From sequence record SRR22947727_1919: a DNA stretch of 53,028 nt; one strand, given 5' to 3'. A model generated the notes under the pieces. That model did no database searches, was not told the origin of the DNA, and saw only the letters and a program-made list of their open reading frames with translations. Shown piece after piece: positions 10,303 through 20,935 of this stretch. The first letter of the stretch is position 1; every line of letters starts with the position of its first letter. The position numbers and the translations under genes are program-made.

Positions 10303-10904
10303 TCGATCGAGTTCGGGGTGCGGTCGTCGCGCGTGGCGCGGATTACCTCAGCGTCGATCTAGGAGCGGTTGCTGTGCGGGTCACCACGCCACCACCGGTC
10401 GCTGCCGAAGCATCCTTGGGGCGAGAGGTCGACCTGCACACCGCCCTCGTTGTCCGACAGGACTCATGGACGCTCTTCGGATTCGCCGACGGTGAGCAAT
10501 GTCGAATGTTCGAACAGGTGCAAACGGTCAGTGGAATCGGACCGCGGATCGCTCTCGGCTTGGTGAGCGTCCTCGGTGCCGACGACCTTCGGCGAGCGAT
10601 CGACGCTGAAGACCTCGCCGCCTTGACCCAGGTCCCCGGTATAGGAAAGAAAGGCGCACAGCGCATCATTCTGGAACTCAAGGACAAGATCGATCCACCC
10701 AGCGTTGGTCGCACGGCTGCGCCGTCAGGTGAGGGGTGGCGCACCGCAGTGGCGGCGGGTCTGACATCCCTGGGATGGAGTGCCAAGGAAGCAGAAGCGG
10801 CCGTCGACGCCCTCGCGGGCCGCCTCGATGAGGTCACCGACACGCAATCACCCGACATCGGAGTGTTGCTCAAAGAAGCCCTGCGCAGTCTGGACCGATC
10901 GTGA
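10299..10904 (+). CDS. ruvA: Holliday junction branch migration protein RuvA
   Basis: ATGA overlap. [36 protein letters not shown]. Confidence 0.97.
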   Translation: MIDRVRGAVVARGADYLSVDLGAVAVRVTTPPPVAAEASLGREVDLHTALVVRQDSWTLFGFADGEQCRMFEQVQTVSGIGPRIALGLVSVLGADDLRRAIDAEDLAALTQVPGIGKKGAQRIILELKDKIDPPSVGRTAAPSGEGWRTAVAAGLTSLGWSAKEAEAAVDALAGRLDEVTDTQSPDIGVLLKEALRSLDRS

Positions 10905-11998
10905 CCGTCCTCGATCCGGCACCGGATGACGACGATTCGATCGTCGACGGGGCTCTTCGTCCCACGACGCTGACCGAATTCGTCGGCCAGGACCGGGTGA
11001 AGAATCAACTCGGATTGGTTCTGGAAGCCGCGCGTCGTCGTTCGGGGGTCTCGGACCACGTTCTGCTCAGCGGGCCACCGGGCCTGGGCAAGACAACCCT
11101 TGCGGCGATCATCGCCGCGGAGCTCGACGCCCCCATGCGGACGACATCCGGGCCGGCACTGCAGCACGCTGGCGACGTCGCGGCGGTCTTGTCCAGCCTG
11201 CAGCCCGGGGAGGTGCTGTTCATCGACGAAGTTCACCGAACAGCGCGAGCCTCCCAAGAAATGCTGTACGTGGCGATGGAGGACTTTCGTGTGGACGTCG
11301 TCGTCGGCAAGGGCCCGGGTGCGACGGCTATTCCTTTGGACATCGAGCCCTTCACCCTTGTCGGAGCCACAACGCGGGCGGGAATGTTGCCCGGGCCGCT
11401 GCGAGATCGATTCGGGTTCACCGCTCACCTCGACTTCTATGAGGTTGCCGATCTTGAGCACATCGTGCACCGCAGCGCTGGTCTGCTCGACGTCAACGTC
11501 ACCGACGAGGGAAGCGCGGAGATCGCTAGCAGGTGCCGCGGCACCCCGAGAATTGCCAACCGACTGCTGCGGCGGGTCCGGGATTGGGCCGAAGTGCACG
11601 GCGATGGAGTCGTCGACCTGGACGCGGCGCGAGCTGCCCTGGAGTTATACGAGGTGGATGTGGTCGGCCTGGATCGGATCGATCGTGCCGTTCTCGAGGC
11701 GATCGTCGACCGCTTCGGTGGCGGTCCGGTGGGATTGAGCACCCTGGCCGTGGCGGTCGGGGAGGAACCCGAGACCATCGAAACCGTAGCCGAGCCGTTT
11801 CTGGTTCGCCTCGGTTTGCTGATGCGCACCTCCCGCGGACGGGTGGCCACCGTTGCCGGATGGCAGCACGTCGGTCGTTCCGCTCCGACAGATGCACCAG
11901 GCTCCGGCCAGGGCGTGTTGCCCTGGAGCGCCGACGACAGCGCCGACGACAGCGCCGACGACAGCGTGGACGACCACGACGAAGGAGGCGATCCTTAG
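10901..11998 (+). CDS. ruvB: Holliday junction branch migration helicase RuvB
   Basis: [44 protein letters not shown]. Confidence 0.98.
   Translation: MTVLDPAPDDDDSIVDGALRPTTLTEFVGQDRVKNQLGLVLEAARRRSGVSDHVLLSGPPGLGKTTLAAIIAAELDAPMRTTSGPALQHAGDVAAVLSSLQPGEVLFIDEVHRTARASQEMLYVAMEDFRVDVVVGKGPGATAIPLDIEPFTLVGATTRAGMLPGPLRDRFGFTAHLDFYEVADLEHIVHRSAGLLDVNVTDEGSAEIASRCRGTPRIANRLLRRVRDWAEVHGDGVVDLDAARAALELYEVDVVGLDRIDRAVLEAIVDRFGGGPVGLSTLAVAVGEEPETIETVAEPFLVRLGLLMRTSRGRVATVAGWQHVGRSAPTDAPGSGQGVLPWSADDSADDSADDSVDDHDEGGDP
11927..11974 (+). repeat. 12-bp coding tandem repeat AGCGCCGACGAC x3 plus a degenerate copy (SADD)
   Basis: Three perfect copies 11927-11962, then AGCGTGGACGAC, in the ruvB tail. Confidence 0.9.
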
Positions 11999-12091
11999 GC
12001 CATCGCCGACATCACGAGAGCCTCTGGGTACCCTCGTCCCCGCTGGAGATTCCGGCCCTGTGTTTCGCAGAATGCCCCTCAGGAGCGCACC

Positions 12092-12391
12092 GTGGACATC
12101 GTCGCCTTGGCGCCTATCGTTCTACTCGTCGTCGCCTTCTACTTCCTGCTCATCCGGCCGCAGAAGCAACGCCAGCGCCAGCAGGCGCAAATGGTGTCCG
12201 CACTGGCGCCGGGAGCGCAGGTGATGACAACCGCCGGGATCATGGGAACGGTCGCAGTCGTTGCGGAGGACGAGCTGAGTCTGGAAATCTCACCCGGGGT
12301 CTTCGTGCGCATGGTTCCGGCGTCCGTCGCCAAGGTGATCGAGCCAGCGCCCAGTGTCGAGACGGCACCGGAGACAGATGAAGCGCCATAG
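12092..12391 (+). CDS. yajC: Preprotein translocase subunit YajC
   Basis: FYFLLIRPQKQRQ, GAQVMTTAGIMGTV. AGGAG SD. Precedes secD. Confidence 0.95.
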   Translation: MDIVALAPIVLLVVAFYFLLIRPQKQRQRQQAQMVSALAPGAQVMTTAGIMGTVAVVAEDELSLEISPGVFVRMVPASVAKVIEPAPSVETAPETDEAP

Positions 12392-12449
12392 CGCTTCGCG
12401 ATAGACCAGAACCCGCGGGCTGACGGCCCGTTCGCACACGAGGAGACCT

Positions 12450-14192
12450 GTGGCACCACCTGCAACATCGAAGCCAGGGCGATTGCTGATCGCCCTGATC
12501 GTCTTGCTGCTCGGTGGTGTCGTCTGGGCGTTCTGGCCCGGCACCGATTCCTCGGTCCGTCTCGGCCTCGACCTTCAAGGTGGAACCCAGGTGATCCTGG
12601 TTCCGCAGCCCGTCGTCGAAGGTACTGAGATCACCGAGGAGCAGCTCGCGCAAACGGTGGAAATCATTCGTGCCCGCGTCGACGGATTGGGCGTCGCCGA
12701 AGCAGAGGTCACCACTCAGGGGTCGGGTAATTCGGCAGCGATCGTCGTCTCCGTCCCGGGCCTGGGTCAAGACCGGGTCGTCGAGCTTGTCCAGCGAACG
12801 GCCTTGTTGAACTTCCGTCCGGTGTGGAACGTGCTCAGTCCGTTCCCGATCGACCCGGCTGACGCCGATGCCGCGGAAGGTGCCGCGGAAGGTGACGCGG
12901 CGGAAGGCGATGCCGCCGAGTCCGCTGACCAATCAGCGAGCGACGGCGGAGCTCAGAGTGCGGAGATTGTCCAAGCGCCCGATTACAGCCCTGAGTTCCA
13001 AACCGAGGTCGACGCCCTGGATTGCATCGATCCGCTCAACCTGGCCGGTGGCACCCCCGATAACCCAACCGAATGGCTGGGTGCCTGCGATCAATCCGGC
13101 GCACAGAAATACGTCATGGAGCCGGCCTTCATCGAAGGTGTGAGTGTCACCGACGCAAACGCCCAACTCACGCAACAGGGCATCGGGTGGGTAGTGACCT
13201 TGGAGTTCGACTCCGAGGGAGCGGGCGCGCTCGCCGAGGCATCCACCGAACTCAGTGCGCTTCCGGAGTGCGGTTCGGGAGCCACGCCCTGTAACGCGTT
13301 CGCGATCGTTCTCGACGGCGTGGTTGTGTCTGCTCCTCGATTCAACGAACCCATCCTCGGCGGGCAAGCGCAGATCGAAGGTGACTTCAACGCCCAAGAA
13401 GCCCGTGACTTGGCGAATGTGTTGAAGTACGGCGCGCTGCCGGTGACCCTCGACGTTGTCGACATCACGTCGGTGTCCGCGACCGTGGGTGGCGATCAAT
13501 TGCGGGCCGGGATCATCGCAGGCCTCATCGGTTTGGCCTTGGTGAGTATCTACCTGCTTTTGTACTACCGGGTACTCGGACTGGTAGCCGTCGCCTCCCT
13601 CGCCGTCGCAGGCGGCCTGCTCTACCTGTTCGTGGTGATCTTCTCCAAGACCATCGGACTCACCCTGACCCTGGCCGGGATTGCCGGCGCGATCGTGGCC
13701 GTAGGCATCACCGCGGACTCCTTCATCGTGTACTTCGAACGCATGCGCGACGAACTTCGCGACGGACGATCCTTACGGCAAGCGTGCGACAGCGGATGGG
13801 TGCGAGCCCGCCGGACCCTGTTGGCGGCGGACTTCGTCACGCTGCTTGCCGCGGTGGTGTTGTACTTCCTATCCATCGGCAGCGTCCGCGGATTCGCCTT
13901 CATCTTGGGTCTGACAACGGTCATCGACCTCATCATCGCCTTCTGGTTTACCCACCCCGTGGTGGTTTTGATGGGACGTCGCAAGTTCATGCAGGGCGGG
14001 TCCAAGTGGTCAGGGCTGGACCCCGAACGCCTGGGTGGTCACAGTGCCCTCGACACGCTTGCCGGACAGTCACGACGCAAACGCCGTGACGACTATCAGA
14101 GCGCAATAGCAGACGAAGCCACACACGGTGAGACCGCAGCCGACGACTCAGCTGGCGATTCAGCCGACGATACAACGGAGGTGCGGTCATGA
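12450..14192 (+). CDS. secD: Protein translocase subunit SecD
   Basis: LGLDLQGG, FAIVLDGVVVSAP, LKYGALP, ADSFIVYFERMRDE, VRGFAF. Confidence 0.97.
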   Translation: MAPPATSKPGRLLIALIVLLLGGVVWAFWPGTDSSVRLGLDLQGGTQVILVPQPVVEGTEITEEQLAQTVEIIRARVDGLGVAEAEVTTQGSGNSAAIVVSVPGLGQDRVVELVQRTALLNFRPVWNVLSPFPIDPADADAAEGAAEGDAAEGDAAESADQSASDGGAQSAEIVQAPDYSPEFQTEVDALDCIDPLNLAGGTPDNPTEWLGACDQSGAQKYVMEPAFIEGVSVTDANAQLTQQGIGWVVTLEFDSEGAGALAEASTELSALPECGSGATPCNAFAIVLDGVVVSAPRFNEPILGGQAQIEGDFNAQEARDLANVLKYGALPVTLDVVDITSVSATVGGDQLRAGIIAGLIGLALVSIYLLLYYRVLGLVAVASLAVAGGLLYLFVVIFSKTIGLTLTLAGIAGAIVAVGITADSFIVYFERMRDELRDGRSLRQACDSGWVRARRTLLAADFVTLLAAVVLYFLSIGSVRGFAFILGLTTVIDLIIAFWFTHPVVVLMGRRKFMQGGSKWSGLDPERLGGHSALDTLAGQSRRKRRDDYQSAIADEATHGETAADDSAGDSADDTTEVRS

Positions 14193-15370
14193 GCAGCATC
14201 ACCAACATCGGCCAACGGCTCTATCGCGGTGAGGTTTCCTACGACTTCGTCGGTCGGTGGAAGCGGTGGTACATCCTCTCGGCGATCATCCTGCTCGTCG
14301 CCGTGGCTTCGCTTGCCTTCCGAGGATTGAATCTCGGGATTGAGTTCCGCGGCGGTGCCGACTTCGCCATCCCCAATGCGACCTGCTCGGTGACCGAGGC
14401 GCGAGAAGTAGCCGAGGCCGAGTCCGGCGGGCAAACGATCGTGACCGTCGCCAGTTCGGGCACCATGCGGGTCCAGACGATTCCGTTGACCAGCGCGGAG
14501 TCCATCGAGTTGTCGGAGTCCCTGGGCGGCGTCTGCGGTGTCGCGGCGTCGGAGATCACCGTTCAGGTGGTCGGACCGACGTGGGGGGCGGAGATATCGT
14601 CCAAGGCCCTCCAGGGGCTCGTTATCTTCTTGGCGTTGGTCACGATCTTCCTGACTATCTACTTCGAATGGCGAATGGCCATCGGCGCACTCGTCGCCTT
14701 GGTCCATGACCTCGTCATCACGGTGGGCATCTATGCGCTGTTGGGACTAGAAGTGACACCGGCGACCGCCATCGGTGTCCTCACCATCTTGGCCTACTCG
14801 CTTTACGACACCGTCGTCGTTTACGACAAGGTGAAGGAGAACACGCGAGGCATTGCCGGACAGTCGGTCATGACCTATGACGAAGCCGCGAACCTGGCGG
14901 TGAACCAGACCGTCGTTCGATCCATCAACACTTCGCTGACATCCCTGCTGCCCGTCCTTGCCATCATCATCGTTGGCGCCGGACTGCTCGGCGCTGGCAC
15001 GTTGCTTGACCTCGCTGTCGCCCTAGCTGTTGGTATGGCGGCAGGAACGTACTCCTCAATCTTCATCGCCACACCGGTCCTCGCCCAGCTCAAGCGGCAG
15101 CAGCCGGAAATGAAAGCCCTCGCGGCTCGCGTTCAGGCCCGCCGCAAGCAAGCAGCGAAAGCGACCGCTAAGAGCGGGGATAGCGCTGGAGACAGCGCTG
15201 GAGACAGCGCCGGAAACGGTGCCGGTGCAGCAGCGGGCGCCGCGTCCGAGAAGGCAGGCTCCGCCACCGCGGCATCGCCCGCATCTCCGGAGGAACTTCG
15301 TGAACTCGCCCGCGTGCAATCTGGCGAGCGACATCAACCCAAGCGCATGAGCCGACGCAAACGACGCTAG
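14189..15370 (+). CDS. secF: Protein translocase subunit SecF
   Basis: LGIEFRGG, VGPTWG, ALVHDL, YSLYDTVVVYDKVKEN, RSINTS. Confidence 0.97.
   Translation: MSSITNIGQRLYRGEVSYDFVGRWKRWYILSAIILLVAVASLAFRGLNLGIEFRGGADFAIPNATCSVTEAREVAEAESGGQTIVTVASSGTMRVQTIPLTSAESIELSESLGGVCGVAASEITVQVVGPTWGAEISSKALQGLVIFLALVTIFLTIYFEWRMAIGALVALVHDLVITVGIYALLGLEVTPATAIGVLTILAYSLYDTVVVYDKVKENTRGIAGQSVMTYDEAANLAVNQTVVRSINTSLTSLLPVLAIIIVGAGLLGAGTLLDLAVALAVGMAAGTYSSIFIATPVLAQLKRQQPEMKALAARVQARRKQAAKATAKSGDSAGDSAGDSAGNGAGAAAGAASEKAGSATAASPASPEELRELARVQSGERHQPKRMSRRKRR
15182..15217 (+). repeat. 12-bp coding tandem repeat AGCGCTGGAGAC x2 plus a degenerate copy (SAGD)
   Basis: Copies at 15182-15193 and 15194-15205, then AGCGCCGGAAAC, in the secF tail. 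Confidence 0.85.
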
Positions 15371-15415
15371 TTCCCCCGCGCGTACACTGGTGTTCCGCGG
15401 CAAGGGGAGGTGGAC

Positions 15416-17683
15416 ATGGCGAAGAACATTCCCGCCACCACCGAGCCCGAGGTCGCCCGCGGGTCACAGGCAGGCGAATCCGGTGGTTTCCGTGGTCGCT
15501 TCGCCAGGCTTGCCGGCCCTAGGTCCGGCCACCCGGAACTAGAACCGGTCATCCGGACGCTTCGCCGCTATCACCCGAAGGCCGATACTCGCACTCTCGA
15601 GCGCGCCTACGAGATGGCGGAGTACCTGCACCGTGACCAGAAGCGCCGATCGGGGGAGCCGTACATCACCCACCCGGTAGCGGTCGCGTCGATCCTGGCG
15701 GACCTGGGAATGCCGGCCTCGACACTGTCGGCTGCACTTCTGCACGACACCGTTGAAGACTGTGGGTACTCGCTCGATGCCCTCCGGGAAGACTTCGGGG
15801 ACGAGATTGCCCTGTTGGTGGACGGCGTAACCAAGCTCGACAAGGTCACTTACGGAGAGGCCTCCGCCGCGGAAACCGTGCGGAAGATGGTCGTGGCCAT
15901 GGCCCGCGATATTCGCGTGCTGGTCATCAAGCTCACCGACCGACTCCACAACATGCGCACCCTCCGGTGGCTCCCCGAGGAAAAGCAGCAAAAGAAGGCT
16001 AGGGAAACTCTCGAGATCTACGCGCCGCTGGCGCATCGGCTCGGCATGAACGCCATCAAGTGGGAACTTGAGGACCTTTCCTTTGCCACGCTATATCCAA
16101 AAATGTATGAAGAAATTGTGCGCCTAGTTGGGGAGCGGGCTCCCTCACGCGACAAGTTCCTTGCGGAGGTAGTCAGCGATATCGAAGCCCAACTGAAAAC
16201 GAGCCGCATCAAGGCCTCAGTCACCGGCCGCCCCAAGCACTACTACTCGGTGTATCAGAAGATGATCGTGCGTGGTCGCGACTTTAACGACATCTACGAC
16301 CTGGTGGGTGTTCGCATCCTCGTCGACAGTATTCGCGAGTGCTACGCGGTATTGGGAACGATCCACGCGCAGTGGAGCCCGGTGCCCGGACGTTTCAAGG
16401 ACTTCATCGCGATGCCGAAATTCAATATGTATCAGTCGCTGCACACGACCGTCATCGGACCGGAAGGCAAAGTCGTCGAAGTGCAGATCCGCACCCATGA
16501 CATGGACCAATCGGCCGAGCTGGGTGTCGCTGCGCACTGGATGTACAAGCAGGGCGAGTCGGACAAAGCCGGACCTGACGAGTTCGCGTGGCTACGCCAA
16601 CTGCTGGATTGGCAGCGCGAAACCGCCGACCCCGGTGAGTTCATGGACTCACTCCGTTACGACCTCGGGACAGCCGAGGTGTACGTCTTCACACCGAAGG
16701 GTGATGTGACGGCGCTCCCGGCGGGTGCGACACCGGTCGATTTTGCCTACTCGGTCCACACCGAGGTCGGGCACCGGTGCGTCGGTGCGCGAGTCAACGG
16801 AAAGCTCGTTCCCCTGGAGTCGGAACTATCCAGCGGCGACGTCGTGGAGATTTTTACCTCCAAGGCTGAGGGCGCCGGGCCCAGTCGCGACTGGCTGGGC
16901 TTCGTGGCGTCCGCGCGAGCCAAGACCAAGATCAAGGCCTGGTTCTCCAAGGAGCGCCGCGAGGAAGCGATCGACAACGGTAAGGATCAGCTTGCGCGAG
17001 CGATGCGCAAGAAGGGCTTCCCGCTACAACGATTGATGACCAATCAAGCTCTGTCGACGATCGCCGTCGATCTCGACCAAGCCGATGTTGCCGCGCTGTA
17101 CGCATCGGTGGGCGAAGGCAAAATCGCGGCCTCGACCATCGTCCAGCGGCTCATCGAGGCGGCGGGCGGTGTCGACGGGGCTGACGATGACGCCGCCGAA
17201 GCAGTCACCCCCACTCCAGGGCGTCGGGAGAGCGCCTCGCGAGATGTCGGAGTCATCGTCAAAGGGGTCGACGACCTCTGGGTCAAGCTTGCGCGCTGCT
17301 GCACCCCGGTGCCGGGCGATGCAATCATGGGGTTCGTCACGCGAGCGTCGGGTGTTTCTGTGCATCGCGAAAGCTGCGTCAACGTTCCGAATCTGCGACA
17401 AAGCCCCGAGCGTGAGGTGGACGTGGAGTGGGCGCCCACGCCATCTAGCGTCTTCCTAGTGAACATCCAGGTCGAGGCGCTCGATCGCTCGCGCTTGCTG
17501 GCTGACATCACGCGCGCTCTTTCGGATACGCACGTGAACATCCTGAGTGCGTCGGTCACCACAACGCGAGACAGGATCGCTACCTCGAGGTTCACCTTCG
17601 AGATGGCCGACCCCAAGCATCTGGGGTCTGTTCTGAAGACAGTCCGCACCGTCGAGGGTGTCTACGACGCTTACCGCGTCTAG
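15416..17683 (+). CDS. relA: Bifunctional (p)ppGpp synthetase/hydrolase Rel (long RSH)
   Basis: HD motif LLHDTVED, synthetase RPKH and [18 protein letters not shown]-terminal ACT. GGAGG SD before ATG 15416 (GTG 15410 alternative). Candidate -10 TACACT at 15383-15388. Confidence 0.97.
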   Translation: MAKNIPATTEPEVARGSQAGESGGFRGRFARLAGPRSGHPELEPVIRTLRRYHPKADTRTLERAYEMAEYLHRDQKRRSGEPYITHPVAVASILADLGMPASTLSAALLHDTVEDCGYSLDALREDFGDEIALLVDGVTKLDKVTYGEASAAETVRKMVVAMARDIRVLVIKLTDRLHNMRTLRWLPEEKQQKKARETLEIYAPLAHRLGMNAIKWELEDLSFATLYPKMYEEIVRLVGERAPSRDKFLAEVVSDIEAQLKTSRIKASVTGRPKHYYSVYQKMIVRGRDFNDIYDLVGVRILVDSIRECYAVLGTIHAQWSPVPGRFKDFIAMPKFNMYQSLHTTVIGPEGKVVEVQIRTHDMDQSAELGVAAHWMYKQGESDKAGPDEFAWLRQLLDWQRETADPGEFMDSLRYDLGTAEVYVFTPKGDVTALPAGATPVDFAYSVHTEVGHRCVGARVNGKLVPLESELSSGDVVEIFTSKAEGAGPSRDWLGFVASARAKTKIKAWFSKERREEAIDNGKDQLARAMRKKGFPLQRLMTNQALSTIAVDLDQADVAALYASVGEGKIAASTIVQRLIEAAGGVDGADDDAAEAVTPTPGRRESASRDVGVIVKGVDDLWVKLARCCTPVPGDAIMGFVTRASGVSVHRESCVNVPNLRQSPEREVDVEWAPTPSSVFLVNIQVEALDRSRLLADITRALSDTHVNILSASVTTTRDRIATSRFTFEMADPKHLGSVLKTVRTVEGVYDAYRV

Positions 17684-17750
17684 GACGGGCACTGGCAAAG
17701 GTGTCGCTGGCACCTAACCGACCAGGACGTGTTGGGCTAAGTCGGTGTTG

Positions 17751-19112
17751 CTAGCGGGCGATCCGTTGGGCTGCCTCGAGCAGCGCCCGGGTGCTCTCGA
17801 TGGACTGCTCCAGCTTGCGGACTGCTCGCTCATCGCCAGCGGCGCGAGCTTGCTCGAGATCGGCCTCCTGCTTGGCAAGCGCATCGGTGAAAGCGTTCGC
17901 GGTGGACTCTGCGCGGGCTCGCTTATCGGGATCATCGCGGTCCCACGCGTTCGACTCCGCCTTGCGCACCGCATCCTCGACTTTCTTGAGTCGCGATTCC
18001 AATCGCGAACGCTCGCTGCGCGGTAGGTCACCGGCTTTGTCCCATTGCTCTTGGATGGAGCGAAGTTGACGCTTGATCGATGGGACGCCTGTCGATCCGT
18101 CAAGCGGAAGCAGGGCTTCGGCCTTGACAACTAGTGCTTCTTTCACTTCAACGTTCGGTGCAAGTTTGGCGTCCTTCGCGGCGTCGGCGGCCTTCATCGC
18201 GGAATAGAACGAATCCTGTGCGGCTTTAAACTTCTTCCATAGTTTGTCCTCGTCAGACCGCGATCCCCTCGGCGCTCGCTTCCACTGATCCATCAACGAT
18301 CGGAAGGCGCGCGTGGTCGGCCCCCAATCTGTCGAGTCAGCCAGGGCCTCGGCCTTGGTGATCAGTTCACGCTTCGCTGCCATGGCCTCCTTGCGTTGTG
18401 AGTCGAGTTGCGCGAAATGCGCACGGCGCCGCTTATCGAAGCCTGCCCGAGCGGAGCTGAAGCGCTTCCACAGTTCCTGTTCGAGGGAGCGATCAGAACG
18501 GGGGAGCACCTTCCACTCCTCGACCATCGCGGAGTAGCGCTCGGATGTCGACTTCCAGGAAGAGGAGTCCGACAGCGCCTCGGCTTCGGTCACCAGCGCC
18601 TCGCGCGCCGCCTTGGTCTCCTCGCGTACTCGCTCGCGGTGCGCTGCCTGCCGTACCAGCGCCGACTCCAGTTCGGTTTCCGCCGCGTCGACCTTGGCGG
18701 ACAGGGCCGCCACGTCTCCGACGAATGAACGTTCCTCCAGGCCTTGGCGGACGCGAGCGATAGCCGCTCGCGCCTGATCGGGCTTAGCGCGGCCGTCGGC
18801 GAGCCGCGTCGTGACGAGATCGATCTCCACGACCAGGTCGTCGTATTTGCGGGCGAAGAATGCCAGCCCTTCATCGGGGGTGCCAGCGGCGTACTGTCCG
18901 ACGGCCACATCGCCGTCCGGTGCCAGTAGGTAGACCGTCCCGTCGGCCTCGGCCCGCCCGAAGGCCATGCTCGGGCTCGGAGCATCCGCAACGGCGGCCG
19001 TCGGAGCATCGGAGGTTGGCCGTGTCGGTCCCGTAGGGCGACGCAGGGCGGCCGGGGTAGGAACCGGCGATTGCGCGCCCGTCGTGCCCTCGTCGTCAGT
19101 CGTCACGTCCAC
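17751..19112 (-). CDS. DUF349 domain-containing helical repeat protein
   Basis: FGRAEADGTVY, then three W-containing repeats (EEWKVLPR..ELWKRF, DQWKRAPR..LWKKF, EQWDKAGD). Typical position after rel. Confidence 0.85.
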   Translation of the reverse strand: MDVTTDDEGTTGAQSPVPTPAALRRPTGPTRPTSDAPTAAVADAPSPSMAFGRAEADGTVYLLAPDGDVAVGQYAAGTPDEGLAFFARKYDDLVVEIDLVTTRLADGRAKPDQARAAIARVRQGLEERSFVGDVAALSAKVDAAETELESALVRQAAHRERVREETKAAREALVTEAEALSDSSSWKSTSERYSAMVEEWKVLPRSDRSLEQELWKRFSSARAGFDKRRRAHFAQLDSQRKEAMAAKRELITKAEALADSTDWGPTTRAFRSLMDQWKRAPRGSRSDEDKLWKKFKAAQDSFYSAMKAADAAKDAKLAPNVEVKEALVVKAEALLPLDGSTGVPSIKRQLRSIQEQWDKAGDLPRSERSRLESRLKKVEDAVRKAESNAWDRDDPDKRARAESTANAFTDALAKQEADLEQARAAGDERAVRKLEQSIESTRALLEAAQRIAR

Positions 19113-19206
19113 GAATCCCTCTAGATCCCTCTCGCAATGCCCTCGCCTAGTCCACTCGACGGCTCTACCGTCACCGACAGTCTGTCACCGAAGAGGGAAA
19201 CTGCTG

Positions 19207-20034
19207 CTAGGCCGTACCAACTGTTGCCGATTCGATAACAATCGGTTGGGCAGGAAGGCCGTCCCCACCACCGTCGGCCACCCCTGCCTCAGCAATAGCG
19301 CGCACGATGTCCAGGCCGTCGGTGACCTGCCCCCAGATGGTGTAGCCCGAGGGGAGGGTGGTGTCCTCGTAGACAAGGAAGAACTGCGAGCCACCGGTGC
19401 CCGGTCCAGCGTTGGCCATGGCAACCGTGCCTGCCGGATAGTTCGCCTCACCCTCTGCCGGAAGGTTTTCGTCGGGAATTTGATAGCCCGGCCCACCCGT
19501 GCCGTTGCCCGCCGGATCCCCGCACTGAAGTACGAAGATGCCGGCCGTGGTCAGCCGGTGACAGGCGGTCCCGTCGAAGAACCCCTCGTTGGCGAGGAAG
19601 GTCATCGAGGCGACCGTCGCAGGCGCGTCGTCAGCGGCCAGGTTGATGGAGATATTTCCGCAGTTGGTGGCCAGAGTCAGGGTGCCGCTGGCTGCTGTCG
19701 CGGCGTCGGGCGCGGCATCGAAGGTAAGGTCGTCGACACGTGTCGGTGCTGGCTCGGCGCAGATATCGACGACGGCAGCCCCCGCTTCGATCTCCTCGAT
19801 CAACTCCTCGGCCACCTCGTCGATCTCGGACGCGGTGGACTCGGGTGCGCTCCCTCGATCGATCAGGGTGAAGATCGCCCATCCGCCACCGGCGATGACC
19901 AAGGCACCGACAACGACGATCGCCACGAGGCGTTGGCGAACCCGGGCCTTGTCTTCGCGATCAACGCGTCGGGCTTGCTGCCGCTCGAACTTCGCGCGCG
20001 CGAGTTGGCGTTGCCGTCGGTTAGAGGAGGTCAT
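19207..20034 (-). CDS. Membrane-anchored cyclophilin-type peptidyl-prolyl isomerase (PpiB-like)
   Basis: Arg-rich N-terminus, TM helix, CHRLTTAGIFVLQCGDP, VAMANAGPGTGGSQFF. Start placed at ATG 20034. Confidence 0.92.
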   Translation of the reverse strand: MTSSNRRQRQLARAKFERQQARRVDREDKARVRQRLVAIVVVGALVIAGGGWAIFTLIDRGSAPESTASEIDEVAEELIEEIEAGAAVVDICAEPAPTRVDDLTFDAAPDAATAASGTLTLATNCGNISINLAADDAPATVASMTFLANEGFFDGTACHRLTTAGIFVLQCGDPAGNGTGGPGYQIPDENLPAEGEANYPAGTVAMANAGPGTGGSQFFLVYEDTTLPSGYTIWGQVTDGLDIVRAIAEAGVADGGGDGLPAQPIVIESATVGTA

Positions 20035-20215
20035 GTCCGTCCCGGAAATCGATGTCGGTGAGTACTCTTTCGATCTTCGGCATCTGAGTGTAGAGGTGAA
20101 GACAAAGGGCGCCACGAGGCTAGGCTGTCCTTGCTGGTCTGGGCCCCCCAGCCGGAGGGATGTCCCAGAACACCCGCACCCAGCGCGACGTTGCACATCT
20201 CGCCCAGGAGGAGCC

Positions 20216-20935
20216 TTGTTCATCACCGGCTTCCCTGCTGGATCGTGGGCCACCAACTGCTATGTCGTGGCTACCGGTGCGGGCGAGCCGTGCGTGGTCA
20301 TCGATCCTGGCCAGGAGTCGATCGACCGCGTGCACGAGATCATCGGCGAACACCGCCTCGCTCCCGCTGCCGTCCTGCTCACGCATGGACACATGGACCA
20401 CATTTGGAGTGTTGCGCCGCTGGCCCGTGAGTTCGAGATTCCAGCGCTAATCCACACGGACGATCGTTATCGGCTCGCCGACCCCGCCGGCAGCAGCATG
20501 GCGGCGGCTCGTGAGCAGCTCCTGGCGATGACGAAGAACTCCCTGGAGCTGACCGAACCAGACGATGTCCAACTGCTACCACCGGGGCGAGATGCCGAGA
20601 TCGAACTTGTGGGCATCCGTTTTGCCGTCCGACATGCCCCAGGGCACACCGAGGGCTCGGCGGTGTTCCAGGCCGAGCGCGGCGACGACGTCGATGTGCT
20701 CTTCTCCGGTGACGTGCTCTTTCAAGGGTCGATCGGTCGGACCGATCTCCCCGGCGGGAGTCCCGACCAGATGAACGAGAGCCTGCGCGACGTCATCTGG
20801 CCCATGGCCGACGAGATCGTCGTGCTGCCCGGACATGGACCCCGTACGACGATCGGGGCCGAGCGCGCGTCGAACCCGTTCCTGCAAGCCGTCGGTTCTG
20901 GGCGCGACGCGCAAGCCCCGAACCGGGGGTGGTGA
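20216..20935 (+). CDS. MBL-fold metallo-hydrolase (glyoxalase II-like)
   Basis: TTG after [38 protein letters not shown]. Confidence 0.93.
   Translation: MFITGFPAGSWATNCYVVATGAGEPCVVIDPGQESIDRVHEIIGEHRLAPAAVLLTHGHMDHIWSVAPLAREFEIPALIHTDDRYRLADPAGSSMAAAREQLLAMTKNSLELTEPDDVQLLPPGRDAEIELVGIRFAVRHAPGHTEGSAVFQAERGDDVDVLFSGDVLFQGSIGRTDLPGGSPDQMNESLRDVIWPMADEIVVLPGHGPRTTIGAERASNPFLQAVGSGRDAQAPNRGW

Noticed and set aside
11927..15217. Short repeats as a CRISPR array or mobile-element ends
   Set aside because: Adjacent in-frame units with no spacers. No cas, transposase or integrase gene anywhere in the window.
15990..16140. Locally more AT-rich patch in rel (similar one near 18120-18250)
   Set aside because: Reading frames and motifs are uninterrupted and the segments are Lys/Glu-rich. 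Not enough evidence for foreign DNA.
19589..20215. Apparent 200-aa N-terminal extension of the MBL hydrolase
   Set aside because: Overlaps the cyclophilin on the opposite strand. The real start is the TTG at 20216 behind AGGAGG.
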